64,000 nucleotides of DNA, from the IMG/VR virus record IMGVR_UViG_3300034407_001956, positions 1-64,000 of that record; one strand, written 5' to 3'. Made by a program: the position numbers and the translations under genes. The first letter of the stretch is position 1. Each line of letters starts with the position of its first letter. Shown piece by piece: positions 38,152 to 48,466 of this stretch. Origin of the DNA: a virus. Under the pieces are notes generated by a model that did no database searches, had not been told where the DNA came from, and worked only from the letters and a program-made list of their open reading frames with translations.

Positions 38152-38965
38152 AAAATATAAAGTACTTGATTTAGAAACATATAAAGCAGGCATTGGTACT
38201 TCTACAAGACCAATGTGGAAAGATTTAGAGTTACAACCAAAAGAACTTTGGGATAAAGTATATGATGAAAATTATCTTAACTGGTGGCATACTGATTCTA
38301 AAAGTGGAGAGGGAACTGTAAAAGAAGCTGATAGAAGAATCAGAGTAATAAATAATATTTTAGAAGATTATGAAATAGAGAACATTTTAGATATAGGTTG
38401 TGGTGATTTGTATTGGGCAAAAAAACTGAACTTAGATAAAATAAAAAGATATGCTGCAGTAGATATTTCAGAAAGATGCGTAGCAGAAAATCTTTATAAA
38501 GAAACAGATACTTTAGAAATTTACCAATGTGATATGACAAACCCAAATGAGAATTACAGATTTTACAGTCCAAGAACTCTGAAGTATCCAAAAAATGAAT
38601 GGGATTTGGTTATGATGTTTGATGTATTGAACCATTGTATTCAAGAAGAGATTGATGAGATAATAAACTTTTTACTGAATGCTAATGTAAAATATGTTCT
38701 TACCAATAACTTCTCTTTAAAAAGAATGGAGTTTGAAAATAAAGAGTTTGAAAATACTCCCGAAGAGACTGGCGTATGGTGGCCTGGACATTGGGATGGT
38801 AAAACAAAAGAGGTTAGAAATATGCCTGTCAATTTAGAAATACACCCAAAGTGGAGATGGAAAACTATAAAGTCTGATGAAGAGTTTCATCTAACGACAT
38901 CAGAAAGTGGAACGCAATTGCCACAAGGAAATGAGTGTTTAGATTTATATAAAATAAATGAATAG
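38144..38965 (+). CDS. Class I SAM methyltransferase
   Basis: SGEG, ILDIGCGD..W, VDIS, DLVMMFDVLNH. Confidence 0.75.
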   Translation: MSKKYKVLDLETYKAGIGTSTRPMWKDLELQPKELWDKVYDENYLNWWHTDSKSGEGTVKEADRRIRVINNILEDYEIENILDIGCGDLYWAKKLNLDKIKRYAAVDISERCVAENLYKETDTLEIYQCDMTNPNENYRFYSPRTLKYPKNEWDLVMMFDVLNHCIQEEIDEIINFLLNANVKYVLTNNFSLKRMEFENKEFENTPEETGVWWPGHWDGKTKEVRNMPVNLEIHPKWRWKTIKSDEEFHLTTSESGTQLPQGNECLDLYKINE

Positions 38966-39695
38966 AATATTAGTTACGGGTGGGGATGGAGAATTTTGTA
39001 AAAACTTAGTCGAACAAGGAACAGATTGTCAATTTCTAACACCAACAAAAAAAGAAGCTGATGTAAAAGACTATTGGAATTTAGATAGTTATTTTTATAC
39101 ACATCAAAAAGAATTTGATTATGTAATACACGCAGCTGCTATTACACGACCTATGGTTATACACGAAGATAATCCACCACTAAGTATAAAGACAAATATA
39201 GTTGGTACTTCTAATGTGGTATTAATGTGTGAAAGGTATAATAAAAAAATAGTTTACATATCTACTGATTACGTTTATGAGGGAACAGATGGTAATTACA
39301 AAGAGAAAGATGCTTTAAAACCATTCACTAAATATGGTTGGTCTAAGTTAGGTGGAGAATGTGCAGTGCAAATGTATGACAACCATTTAATATTAAGAAT
39401 GGCTATGAATAAGAAACCATTTCCACATCCAAAAGCATTGATAGATATGAAAAAGAGTTTGATGTGGATTGAAGATGCCGCTAAAACAACTTTAAAATTA
39501 TTAGATGAAACTGGCATAGTAAATGTCGGTGGGAAGTCACAATCTGTTTATGACTTTGTGAAGGAAGAAAATCCTAAAATCAAACCAATCGTATTGGATG
39601 ATATACCTGATGTTAATATGGCTACTGATTGTTCTATGGATACAACAAAGTTAAAGATGTTATTAAAAATGAAGAGGCTTATAGATGAATCTTAA
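38958..39695 (+). CDS. RmlD-like NDP-4-keto-sugar reductase
   Basis: ILVTGGDG, IHAAA, YISTDYVYEG..GNYKE, YGWSKLGGE. Confidence 0.85.
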   Translation: MNRILVTGGDGEFCKNLVEQGTDCQFLTPTKKEADVKDYWNLDSYFYTHQKEFDYVIHAAAITRPMVIHEDNPPLSIKTNIVGTSNVVLMCERYNKKIVYISTDYVYEGTDGNYKEKDALKPFTKYGWSKLGGECAVQMYDNHLILRMAMNKKPFPHPKALIDMKKSLMWIEDAAKTTLKLLDETGIVNVGGKSQSVYDFVKEENPKIKPIVLDDIPDVNMATDCSMDTTKLKMLLKMKRLIDES

Positions 39696-40701
39696 AGCTT
39701 ATGGAGGACACAAACGTGTATGTATAATTGGACATAAAGGTTATATTGGTTCTACTCTTTACAATGTATTAAAGAGTAGTGATGTACACACAACAATATT
39801 TGATGATTTAAATATAAACTCTTGTCGTGATGTTGAAGAAGCTTTTCTTCCCTCATTTGCAGGCGGCCGCCATAAAAAGTTTGATGTTATATTTTGGTTA
39901 GCATCAGCTGATTTATCTTCCATACCAAGCAATATGAAAGAAAAGGATATAGATGCTTTAATCAGAGAAAGAGGTGTAAATTGTGATTCTCTTTTATACT
40001 TATACAAAGCTCTTGAAGGACAAACACCAACAATTGTATTTACAAGCTCTACAAATGTTTATGGTGATATTCCACATCAAATTGTTTCTGAAGATACAAT
40101 TGAAAATCCACAAACTTTATGGCAAGCACACAAAATCTTATCTGAAAATTATATAAACACTCTGTTTCCAAATTCTATTTGTTTAAGAATACCTAACATT
40201 TATGGTATTATGCCATATCGTAATAAAGAGGTGTATGGTGCAAACTCACACGATACAAGTATGCCTAAAGAACAACTTCTTAATACAAATACATACTTTA
40301 GACCTGTAGTAAATAAAATTATTCGTTTGGGTATTGAAGATGAAAAATTAACCTTATATAAAAATAAATTGTGTTTCAGAGATTATCTACATATTTATGA
40401 TCTAATAAACGCTTTGGTATTAGCTGGTTTACAGAAATCAACTGAAAAAAGATACTACACGTTGGGTTGTGGAAGTCGTTCAACAATTGAGGATGTTTGG
40501 AACATTATCGCTGAGTATCTCGGTAGTATACCTATAGAATATAATGACAAAGCATTAAGCGATATGGAGACTCGTAGTTTTACTTCAGATTACACTCGGT
40601 TTAAAGATTTAACGGGGTGGAATCCTAAGTATACATTACGTTTTGGCATAAAGGAGAGTATAGAACAAATCAAAAAGGTTTTAAATGATTCAACTTTTTA
40701 A
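39685..40701 (+). CDS. NAD-dependent epimerase/dehydratase (atypical active site)
   Basis: GHKGYIG, FTSSTNVYG, WQAHK (W in place of catalytic Y), LRIPNIYG, RDYLHI. Confidence 0.75.
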   Translation: MNLKAYGGHKRVCIIGHKGYIGSTLYNVLKSSDVHTTIFDDLNINSCRDVEEAFLPSFAGGRHKKFDVIFWLASADLSSIPSNMKEKDIDALIRERGVNCDSLLYLYKALEGQTPTIVFTSSTNVYGDIPHQIVSEDTIENPQTLWQAHKILSENYINTLFPNSICLRIPNIYGIMPYRNKEVYGANSHDTSMPKEQLLNTNTYFRPVVNKIIRLGIEDEKLTLYKNKLCFRDYLHIYDLINALVLAGLQKSTEKRYYTLGCGSRSTIEDVWNIIAEYLGSIPIEYNDKALSDMETRSFTSDYTRFKDLTGWNPKYTLRFGIKESIEQIKKVLNDSTF

Positions 40702-41617
40702 TGTAAATAATCACATAGTAGATACATCTGAATTTTCTAATATGTTACACGATGATATAGTGATTCAGTATGAAAAAGAGATTGCAAATTATGTTGGTGC
40801 TAAATATGCTTGTGCTGTAAATAGTGCGACCAATGCTATATTTTTAACGATGGTGATGGAAAAATATATGAATCCACGAGTCATCAAAATACCGAGCATA
40901 ATACCACCTGTAGTTGCTAACGCAATAATAACAAGCGGAAATAAAGTAGAGTTTACTGATAATGTTGAGTGGGTTGGTGATTCTTATGTACTACATAAAT
41001 TCAGAACATATAAGGTGGTTGATTCTGCACAGAAATTAGAAAGAAATCAGTTTACAAAAGAATGTAATCCAAATGATTTGATGATGTTTAGTCACTATCC
41101 AACAAAACCTTTAGGTGGTGCTGATGGTGGAGTTATTGTTACAGATGATTATAAGAAGTATAAATGGTTTAAACAAGCAGTTTTAAATGGAACTACATTC
41201 TCTAATAATAATTGGGAAAGGGGTATATCTTTTCCTGGTTACAAATCTTATATGAGTTCTATACAAGCAAAAATAATTATGAATAACTTCGTAAACTTTG
41301 ATAAAAAAATGAGAAGTTTGGGTAGTTTAGTTGATATGTATAATAAAGAATTAGGTTATGAAAACACTAGTAAACATCTTTATAGGATTGAGGTTGTGAA
41401 TCAAGAAAAGTTCATTAATAATATGAAAAGAGCTGGAATAGTTTGTGGTATACATTACCCAGCATTACATCTTAATTCCATTTACAATAATGGTAAGAAA
41501 TTCGATTTACCAAAATCTGAAAAGGTAGCTAAACATACTGTTTCAATACCAATGAATGAAACCTTATCTTTTAATGATATGGAATATCTTTTAGAAAAAA
41601 TAAAGGAGAATATGTAG
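40685..41617 (+). CDS. DegT/DnrJ/EryC1 sugar aminotransferase
   Basis: VNSATNA, DSAQ, FSHYPTKPLGGADGG (PLP Lys), GIHYP, VSIP. Confidence 0.85.
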   Translation: MIQLFNVNNHIVDTSEFSNMLHDDIVIQYEKEIANYVGAKYACAVNSATNAIFLTMVMEKYMNPRVIKIPSIIPPVVANAIITSGNKVEFTDNVEWVGDSYVLHKFRTYKVVDSAQKLERNQFTKECNPNDLMMFSHYPTKPLGGADGGVIVTDDYKKYKWFKQAVLNGTTFSNNNWERGISFPGYKSYMSSIQAKIIMNNFVNFDKKMRSLGSLVDMYNKELGYENTSKHLYRIEVVNQEKFINNMKRAGIVCGIHYPALHLNSIYNNGKKFDLPKSEKVAKHTVSIPMNETLSFNDMEYLLEKIKENM

Positions 41618-42225
41618 TGGCTGTATCTTTTTATGATGGCACATCGGACTTTTATCTCAATGATTCTGAGTTTAACGGTCCTCGTGATAAGGGTAAATTA
41701 GAGCCAGTTTATACTAAATTGTATGAGTTGGTTAAGAATGCCAAACCTAATAATATAGTGGAGTTAGGAGTTGGTTCAGGTGCTTGTACTGTCGCTATGG
41801 CTAGAGGTTTGGAAGAAGTAAATGCTGATGGTAGGATGATTGGTTTCGATACTTTTGATGCTTGGGGTGGAATCAGAACTGTTTATAAGAAGTTAAAATC
41901 ACGGAACCTACATAATTTCATACATAGTATGAAAGAGGGTAATGTCTTTGATTTATGGGTAAATAATCCAACTGATTTTGATTTTTTGTGGATAGACATT
42001 GACAACACTTGGAGAAGTACATATGATGTTGTTTTTGGTAATGAAAAGATACTAAACCAAATAAAAGAAGGTAGTCCTGTTTACATAGAAGGTGGTGCTG
42101 ATGCACATCCGAGAATGAATAAAAATACTCTCAATGATTTCCATAATAGTTTGGGTAAAGAAGTTTTTAAGTACACACTTCTATCAGGTTTGAGAGTTAG
42201 TATCTCAAAATTAGAATTAATATAA
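41617..42225 (+). CDS. Class I SAM methyltransferase
   Basis: IVELGVGSG, GFDTF, DFLWIDID. Confidence 0.7.
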   Translation: MAVSFYDGTSDFYLNDSEFNGPRDKGKLEPVYTKLYELVKNAKPNNIVELGVGSGACTVAMARGLEEVNADGRMIGFDTFDAWGGIRTVYKKLKSRNLHNFIHSMKEGNVFDLWVNNPTDFDFLWIDIDNTWRSTYDVVFGNEKILNQIKEGSPVYIEGGADAHPRMNKNTLNDFHNSLGKEVFKYTLLSGLRVSISKLELI

Positions 42226-42233
42226 GGAATAGT

Positions 42234-43157
42234 ATGAAAAAAATATTGGTATTAGCAACTGGTTGGCATTTCAGTTCTCATTTTTATGAGGAGATGGTTA
42301 AACAAAAAGTACCTGATGGTTGGGAAGTTGATTATTTTTGTATTGCACATAGAGCACCTGAAGATGAGAATACTATAGCTGAGAAACAAAACATCAGAGA
42401 TTCGGAGCCTGAAAACTTCTTAGTTGAGATGGATAAACAAATGTATGAGTATCCAATAACTGAAGAAGATTTAACCAATTTAGGGTGGATTTATTTGTTG
42501 GAAGATAATACCTGTTGTGATGGTGAAATATTTAATCAATGGGCAGATAATGAAAACCATAACTACGAAGATTACGACATTATATGTTTAACGCACGATG
42601 ACAATTACATACTATCAGATAATCTGTTTATGGATATGTTAGAGAATAATATTAAGGTACACAAACCAATAATTCATAGTAGATATGGTGTAGCTAACCA
42701 TCAATTTAAAACTGAAGAGGTTGCTATAAATGATATAGATTGGATGTTCTTAGAAAATGGTTATAGTGAACACGTTCCAAAGGCTTTCACACCAAGATCT
42801 TCCTTTTGTTTCTTTAAAAAAGAATTAGTTGATTTACTACCTGATAATAGATTTGACATAACTGAAACAGTGACTGGTAATAAACTGATGAGTAGAGTTG
42901 GTGAGACAAAAAGTTTTGATGAACATATGGATTTAAATGATTGGAATAGTCCTGTTGGAACATTGAGAGAATGGTTATACAATGTAAAGCCGGATTTAGG
43001 AATGTTAAATCATTGTGGATGGTTCTCAGTATCAGCTCAAAGGGTTAGTCGTTATTGTATAGAAGGAGAAAGAGGACTTGTCAGTAAACATCAAAGTGAT
43101 TGTGGTAAATATGTTCCATCACTTCTAAAACAATTAGAAGAAATAGGGATGGTGTGA
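42234..43157 (+). CDS. Putative GT-A glycosyltransferase
   Basis: YDIICLTHDD motif; cluster context. Confidence 0.5.
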   Translation: MKKILVLATGWHFSSHFYEEMVKQKVPDGWEVDYFCIAHRAPEDENTIAEKQNIRDSEPENFLVEMDKQMYEYPITEEDLTNLGWIYLLEDNTCCDGEIFNQWADNENHNYEDYDIICLTHDDNYILSDNLFMDMLENNIKVHKPIIHSRYGVANHQFKTEEVAINDIDWMFLENGYSEHVPKAFTPRSSFCFFKKELVDLLPDNRFDITETVTGNKLMSRVGETKSFDEHMDLNDWNSPVGTLREWLYNVKPDLGMLNHCGWFSVSAQRVSRYCIEGERGLVSKHQSDCGKYVPSLLKQLEEIGMV

Positions 43158-43158
43158 T

Positions 43159-43896
43159 ATGAATATAACTACGCCAGTAATTCACGATAGACATTTAGTT
43201 AGAGAAGCCTTTGAACTTCTGAAGAGTCAAACAGAACCAGGTATATTTACACATCCAAAAGACTTAACAATATTGACTTGTAGAAATGAGGGTTCGTTAG
43301 AGGATAGAATTATAGATAGTTTGGTTGGTTATGATGAGACTTCGATATTAGAAGCTAATACAGAATATTTAGGTTTGGATTTAGTTGTACTGAAAGATGC
43401 TAGATTACCTTGGAGAAACACATTTAAATTTGAATTGATAAACAACTATCTTCAATCGGGCAAATGTACTACAGAATATTTTATGTTTTGTGATGCTGTC
43501 GATGTTATTTTTGTAGACCATCCAACTAAAGTTATTGATATATTTAAATCTTTTCAATGTCAAGCTTTATTTATGTCTACCTCATCGTTAGATGGATACA
43601 ATTGTATGCCAGAGGTATTAGATTGGGTTCATAATACAAATGGGGGTATACCTCGTTATTTAAATAGTGGTGTCTATATTGGAAAAACATCTTTCATAAA
43701 AGAATTATTTGAAATGTCTATGGAATATGCTCTACCACACGGAGTCATTATGGATGAATACAGAGATTATTTAGCTAAAGAACCTAAAGATTATCCGCAT
43801 GGTTCACAAGACCAAGATATTATTAGATATTTAGAACCAAAACTTTATCCACAATTAAGGGTGGATTATCAAAACAAAATGGCATTTAGGGGTTGA
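43159..43896 (+). CDS. PLOD/LH3-GT-like glycosyltransferase
   Basis: K, MFCDAVDVIF, RYLNSGVYIG, DQD, VDY. Confidence 0.65.
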   Translation: MNITTPVIHDRHLVREAFELLKSQTEPGIFTHPKDLTILTCRNEGSLEDRIIDSLVGYDETSILEANTEYLGLDLVVLKDARLPWRNTFKFELINNYLQSGKCTTEYFMFCDAVDVIFVDHPTKVIDIFKSFQCQALFMSTSSLDGYNCMPEVLDWVHNTNGGIPRYLNSGVYIGKTSFIKELFEMSMEYALPHGVIMDEYRDYLAKEPKDYPHGSQDQDIIRYLEPKLYPQLRVDYQNKMAFRG

Positions 43897-43897
43897 T

Positions 43898-44806
43898 ATG
43901 AAAATATTAATAACAGGAGGAACTGGAACTGTAGGTAAATCTCTCATAAAACAAAATGATAATGAGTATATCAGCATAAGTAGGAATGAAGAGAACATAA
44001 CTAATTTAAAAAGAGAATATCCAAATGTTAAATGTTATGTTGGTAATATAGAAGATAAGTCTTTACTGCTCAGAGTATTTAAAGATGTAAAGCCAGATGC
44101 TGTAGTACACGCAGCTGCTATGAAACACATTGATTTGATGGAAGAGAATCCAATAGCTGGTTGTAATGTAAATGTTGTGGGAAGTCTGAATGTGGTAGAG
44201 GCTAGTATTATAAATGATGTTCCAATAACCATTGGTGTCAGTACAGACAAAGCTTGCTTATCAGAAAGTGTTTATGGTGCTTCAAAGTATCTGATGGAAA
44301 GAGTCTTTATGAATAGCAACAATGATAATGGTAGTAGATTTGCTTTGACTAGATTTGCTAATGTGGCTCATAGTAATGGTTCAGTATTACCATTTTGGTT
44401 GAAGTTAAAATCAGAACGTAAACCACTCAAACTTACAGATCCAAAGATGAACAGATTAATATTCTCAAAAGATGACGCTGCTAGTTTGATTAATAGAACC
44501 ATTGACTTTACCCAAAAATATGGTGGTGGATTTGTAAAGTCGTATAAGATGAAATGTGTGAATATGCTAGATTTAGCTAAAGTAATATCTGATAATATAG
44601 AGATAGTCGGTACGAGACCTGGTGAAAAAAGAGATGAGGATTTAATATCTGAAAGAGAAATAGCTCGTACTTTTATTTATGATGACGACATACATATAAA
44701 AGCTGAAAAGAATACTGAAGTAAATAGGTTATTTGAACCATATAATTCAGCTAGTGCTGAGAAGATGAGTTGGGAAGAGATGTTAGAGTTGGTCAATAGA
44801 TGTTAA
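43898..44806 (+). CDS. UDP-GlcNAc 4,6-dehydratase (PseB/FnlA/CapD-like)
   Basis: ITGGTGTVG, HAAAMKH, STDKA, YGASK, RFANVAHSNGSV, TDPKMNR, RPGEK. Confidence 0.87.
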   Translation: MKILITGGTGTVGKSLIKQNDNEYISISRNEENITNLKREYPNVKCYVGNIEDKSLLLRVFKDVKPDAVVHAAAMKHIDLMEENPIAGCNVNVVGSLNVVEASIINDVPITIGVSTDKACLSESVYGASKYLMERVFMNSNNDNGSRFALTRFANVAHSNGSVLPFWLKLKSERKPLKLTDPKMNRLIFSKDDAASLINRTIDFTQKYGGGFVKSYKMKCVNMLDLAKVISDNIEIVGTRPGEKRDEDLISEREIARTFIYDDDIHIKAEKNTEVNRLFEPYNSASAEKMSWEEMLELVNRC

Positions 44807-45819
44807 AAGATTATAAAATAGCTTGGTTCACAGAAGGTGGATGGACAGGTAAAGTTGGATTAGATAATCCTAATATGAGAAATGATGTATCTACGATGTA
44901 TACATTAGGAGCTGAACACTTTCCTATATTTCAAATATCACAAGTCTTACAACATTTTGGTGAGAATCACTTTGATTTTGGTATTGTAACTTTACCAAAA
45001 ACAAAGACAGAAGAACTAATGAAGTTTGATATGGTTGGTGATTTAAAGAAGTTATGTAAGAAAACTATATCAATGCAAGAAGGTCCTCATTGGTTGTTTC
45101 AAGACTACACAATGGAACAACAGATTTGGTGGTTTAATGCCCTTACAGAATTTGATTTACTATTTGCTCATAATAAAAAAGATGTAAACTATTATAAAGG
45201 GGTTACAGATAAACCTGTACATAAAATGCCAACACTAATGTTAGCGGAGAGGCTTGGAGTAGTTCCTAAAATTGATTCTTTGGTAGATGAGTATGGAGAT
45301 TTACCCAGCCCAAAAGCTTATGAACAACACAAAGTAATTATCGGCGGTAATATGGTAAGATGGTATGGTGGGTTTGATTCTTATGTGATTGCTAGAGAAT
45401 TTGATATGCCAATTGTTGCTCCATCTATGGGTAGAAGAATAGAAAGAGAAGAAGAAATGGGTATAAATCATCTTCCTTATATGGGCTGGACAGAATGGAT
45501 GAATAATTTGAGTTCAATGTACATCGGTGTTCATCTGATGCCAACACATGCGGCTGGTACATTTGCATTGAATTGTGCATACCACGGAATACCTTGTATT
45601 GGTTACAGAGGATTAGATACTCAACAGGAACTACATCCTTTATTATCGGTGGATGATGGGGATTTAAATGCTGCTATAAACTTAGCACAGAGATTAAAAG
45701 AACCAAATCATTATAATCAATATAGTATTAGTTGTAGAGAGAATTATAAAAACTCTCTTTATAACGAAGAGAACTTTGTACCTTACATAACAGAAATATT
45801 GGAGTCTTTAAATGGATAA
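44800..45819 (+). CDS. Putative GT-B glycosyltransferase
   Basis: C-terminal GTFALNCAYHGIPCIG; cluster context. Confidence 0.55.
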   Translation: MLKDYKIAWFTEGGWTGKVGLDNPNMRNDVSTMYTLGAEHFPIFQISQVLQHFGENHFDFGIVTLPKTKTEELMKFDMVGDLKKLCKKTISMQEGPHWLFQDYTMEQQIWWFNALTEFDLLFAHNKKDVNYYKGVTDKPVHKMPTLMLAERLGVVPKIDSLVDEYGDLPSPKAYEQHKVIIGGNMVRWYGGFDSYVIAREFDMPIVAPSMGRRIEREEEMGINHLPYMGWTEWMNNLSSMYIGVHLMPTHAAGTFALNCAYHGIPCIGYRGLDTQQELHPLLSVDDGDLNAAINLAQRLKEPNHYNQYSISCRENYKNSLYNEENFVPYITEILESLNG

Positions 45820-46060
45820 TAAATTACAAGAGCTATTAACAATCACAATGGAAGAATGTGGTGAGTTGATTCAAGCATGCAGTAAAGCAATTCGTTGTGA
45901 TACATACTATGATAATGATAAGCTATTGGAGGAGGTTGGTGATGTCCAACAGATGATAGAGCTGATGCACGATTACGATTTAATTAGTTGGGAAGATGTT
46001 CAAGTCCGTATGAAGTTAAAAGAAGAAAAATTAAAGAAATGGAGTAAGTTATATGATTGA
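45812..46060 (+). CDS. MazG-like NTP pyrophosphohydrolase
   Basis: EECGELIQA.SK, EEVGDV. Confidence 0.75.
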   Translation: MDNKLQELLTITMEECGELIQACSKAIRCDTYYDNDKLLEEVGDVQQMIELMHDYDLISWEDVQVRMKLKEEKLKKWSKLYD

Positions 46061-47285
46061 TGATAGAATAATAAGTTTTATCCAACCTAGCAGAAATAAT
46101 TTAAAGTATTTAAAATGGAGCTATAATAGTATCCGTAAGAACTTAGGATACAGACACGAGATATGTTGGGCTGATGATTTCTCTGATGATGGAACTTGGG
46201 AGTGGATGCAGGAGATTGCAGACAAAGATAAGAATGTAAAGATATATAGAAACGAAGGACCTGAAAGATTAGGACATACTATATTATATGATACATTAGT
46301 CAAAATAGCAACAAGTGATATTGTAATGATATATCATGCAGATATGTATGCTTGTCCTGGTATGGATGATGCAGTTCTACGACATTTAGAACGTGGGAAG
46401 GTGGTTAGTGCTACTAGAATAGAACCACCACTACATCCAGACGGGCCTGAGAAAATATTAGTAGATTTCGGAATAGAACCTGAAGAGTTTGAAGAACAAA
46501 AACTGATGGAATGGTTAGAGGGTGATATGAAAGTCTCAACAAATGTGGGTAGAACTACTGAAGGAATATTTGCTCCGTGGGCTATATACAAAGATGATTT
46601 TTTGGCAATCGGTGGGCACGATCCTTTGTACGCTCCACAATCAAAAGAGGACTCTGATATATTCAATAGGTTTGTATTAGCTGGATACGAAACAATACAG
46701 ACTTGGCAGGGCTTTGTATACCATATGACTTGTAGAGGTAGTAGATTCAAAGATGGTGCTATGAGGAATCCTGCTGGTCAGGTCTTTATGAAAGGTAGAG
46801 AATCGTCAGAGTGGTTGGCTCAAAATCTAAGGAGTACTCGTAACTTCATTCGTAAATGGGGGCATATGGTAAATCACGACCAATTTCTTAAACCTATTGT
46901 ACCACCCAAATATGACATAGGGTTTGTGGTAAAAAATTGTGATAGCAATATGTTGAAAGAATTAGAACCTTGGTGTTCTGATATGTATGGTGATTGGGTT
47001 GGACATAAAGGTTTTGGTGTGAATCAGTATATCGAAGAAGAACAACCAAATACAAAGTTTAAATTGAGTAATAAATTACACTCACATCATACAAAACCAA
47101 CCAATGATATAGTAGTTAGTTTCGATGCTCAAAAGCTAACACCACAGAACTTTCAGGTCATTGTCAATATGTCTGAACTAATAACAGATAGTGGTGAGGT
47201 GGGTGAGATGGAATATGATATATTTAAATTTAAAATCAACTCTATAAAAACATATGAAAAGGAGTTAATAATATGCGAGTCTTAG
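46053..47285 (+). CDS. Glycosyltransferase GT2
   Basis: DDFSDDGT, YHADM, IGGHD, EDSDIF, YH. Confidence 0.85.
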   Translation: MIDDRIISFIQPSRNNLKYLKWSYNSIRKNLGYRHEICWADDFSDDGTWEWMQEIADKDKNVKIYRNEGPERLGHTILYDTLVKIATSDIVMIYHADMYACPGMDDAVLRHLERGKVVSATRIEPPLHPDGPEKILVDFGIEPEEFEEQKLMEWLEGDMKVSTNVGRTTEGIFAPWAIYKDDFLAIGGHDPLYAPQSKEDSDIFNRFVLAGYETIQTWQGFVYHMTCRGSRFKDGAMRNPAGQVFMKGRESSEWLAQNLRSTRNFIRKWGHMVNHDQFLKPIVPPKYDIGFVVKNCDSNMLKELEPWCSDMYGDWVGHKGFGVNQYIEEEQPNTKFKLSNKLHSHHTKPTNDIVVSFDAQKLTPQNFQVIVNMSELITDSGEVGEMEYDIFKFKINSIKTYEKELIICES

Positions 47286-48193
47286 TAACAGGTGGTGCCG
47301 GATTTGTTGGAACTAATCTAATAAAGAGATTATTAAAAGATGGTCACGAAGTAGTATCGGTAGACAATTATTCAACAGGTAAAAAAGAAAATGAACAAAA
47401 AGGTTGTGAATATCATCACAGAGATTTGTCAAATAGTGATTGGTGGGCATTATGGGATAATTGTGAGTGCCAGTTTAGCTGTGACTGTCAGATAGAACCT
47501 GTCGATATAATATATCATTTAGCTGCTCTACCAAGAATTGTACCATCATTTGAAAAGCCGGTTGATACATTTAAATCAGGTCCTATGGCAACTATTAATG
47601 TATTAGATTGGGCTAAACATTCAGAGACACCAGTCATATATGCTGGTTCATCATCAGTTACAGGCGATGTGTATGCTAATCCATATACCTTTACTAAGTG
47701 GCAGAATGAACATCTAATGGATTTGTATAATAAGCTATTTAGTGTTCCAACTGCTATTTGTAGGTTCTACAATGTGTATGGTGAACACCAGGCAAGCGAA
47801 GGTAGTTATTGTAATGTATTGGGTATATTCCAAAGACAGTTCAGTAATGGAGAACCACTAACCATTACAGGCGATGGAGAACAACGAAGGGATTTTACAT
47901 ATGTTGGCGATATTGTAGATGGTTTAGTTAAATGTGGTACATCTTTGTTGATTCCAAATGCATATCACGCTAAAATCAATGGTGAATCATTTGAATTGGG
48001 TAATGGTGATAATCGTTCTATCAACGAATTGGCTGAAGCATTCGGAGACTATCCTACAGAGTATATTGACGCTAGGCCAGGTGAAATGAGAGAGACTCTA
48101 AATACGGATACAAAAGCTCAAGAAAAGTTAGGTTGGAAACCAAATGGTGACATAATAAGATTTATTAAAGAAAATTATGTTTTAGATAAATGA
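47273..48193 (+). CDS. NDP-sugar 4-epimerase (GalE/WbpP-like SDR)
   Basis: VTGGAGFVG, HLAA, YTFTK, RFYNVYG, GDGEQRRDFTYV, RPGE. Confidence 0.88.
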   Translation: MRVLVTGGAGFVGTNLIKRLLKDGHEVVSVDNYSTGKKENEQKGCEYHHRDLSNSDWWALWDNCECQFSCDCQIEPVDIIYHLAALPRIVPSFEKPVDTFKSGPMATINVLDWAKHSETPVIYAGSSSVTGDVYANPYTFTKWQNEHLMDLYNKLFSVPTAICRFYNVYGEHQASEGSYCNVLGIFQRQFSNGEPLTITGDGEQRRDFTYVGDIVDGLVKCGTSLLIPNAYHAKINGESFELGNGDNRSINELAEAFGDYPTEYIDARPGEMRETLNTDTKAQEKLGWKPNGDIIRFIKENYVLDK

Positions 48194-48426
48194 CATACTA
48201 TATATTATTAGGTAATGATTCCGTAGAAGATATATGGGATGAAAACATTTTAGGAGAAGAATCTTTTGAAACGTTTTATACAGGTAATGGTTTTAAAGCT
48301 TTAAATAATATAGTTATAAGACAACCTGATTTATTAGAGACTGTAACTATTATAGATGAACAAAAAAGGACATACGAAGTGTCAGAATTTTTGGATTTAA
48401 TTACAAAATGGAAAATAATGTCTTGA
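48190..48426 (+). CDS. Hypothetical protein
   Basis: 78 aa, ATGA-coupled. Confidence 0.55.
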   Translation: MTYYILLGNDSVEDIWDENILGEESFETFYTGNGFKALNNIVIRQPDLLETVTIIDEQKRTYEVSEFLDLITKWKIMS

Positions 48427-48452
48427 CTTTTAGTGTAAAAGTTGAGTATATT
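48423..48452 (+). promoter_or_regulatory. Sigma70-type promoter
   Basis: TTGACT-N18-TATATT. Confidence 0.65.
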
Positions 48453-48466
48453 TAGGAGAAGATAAG

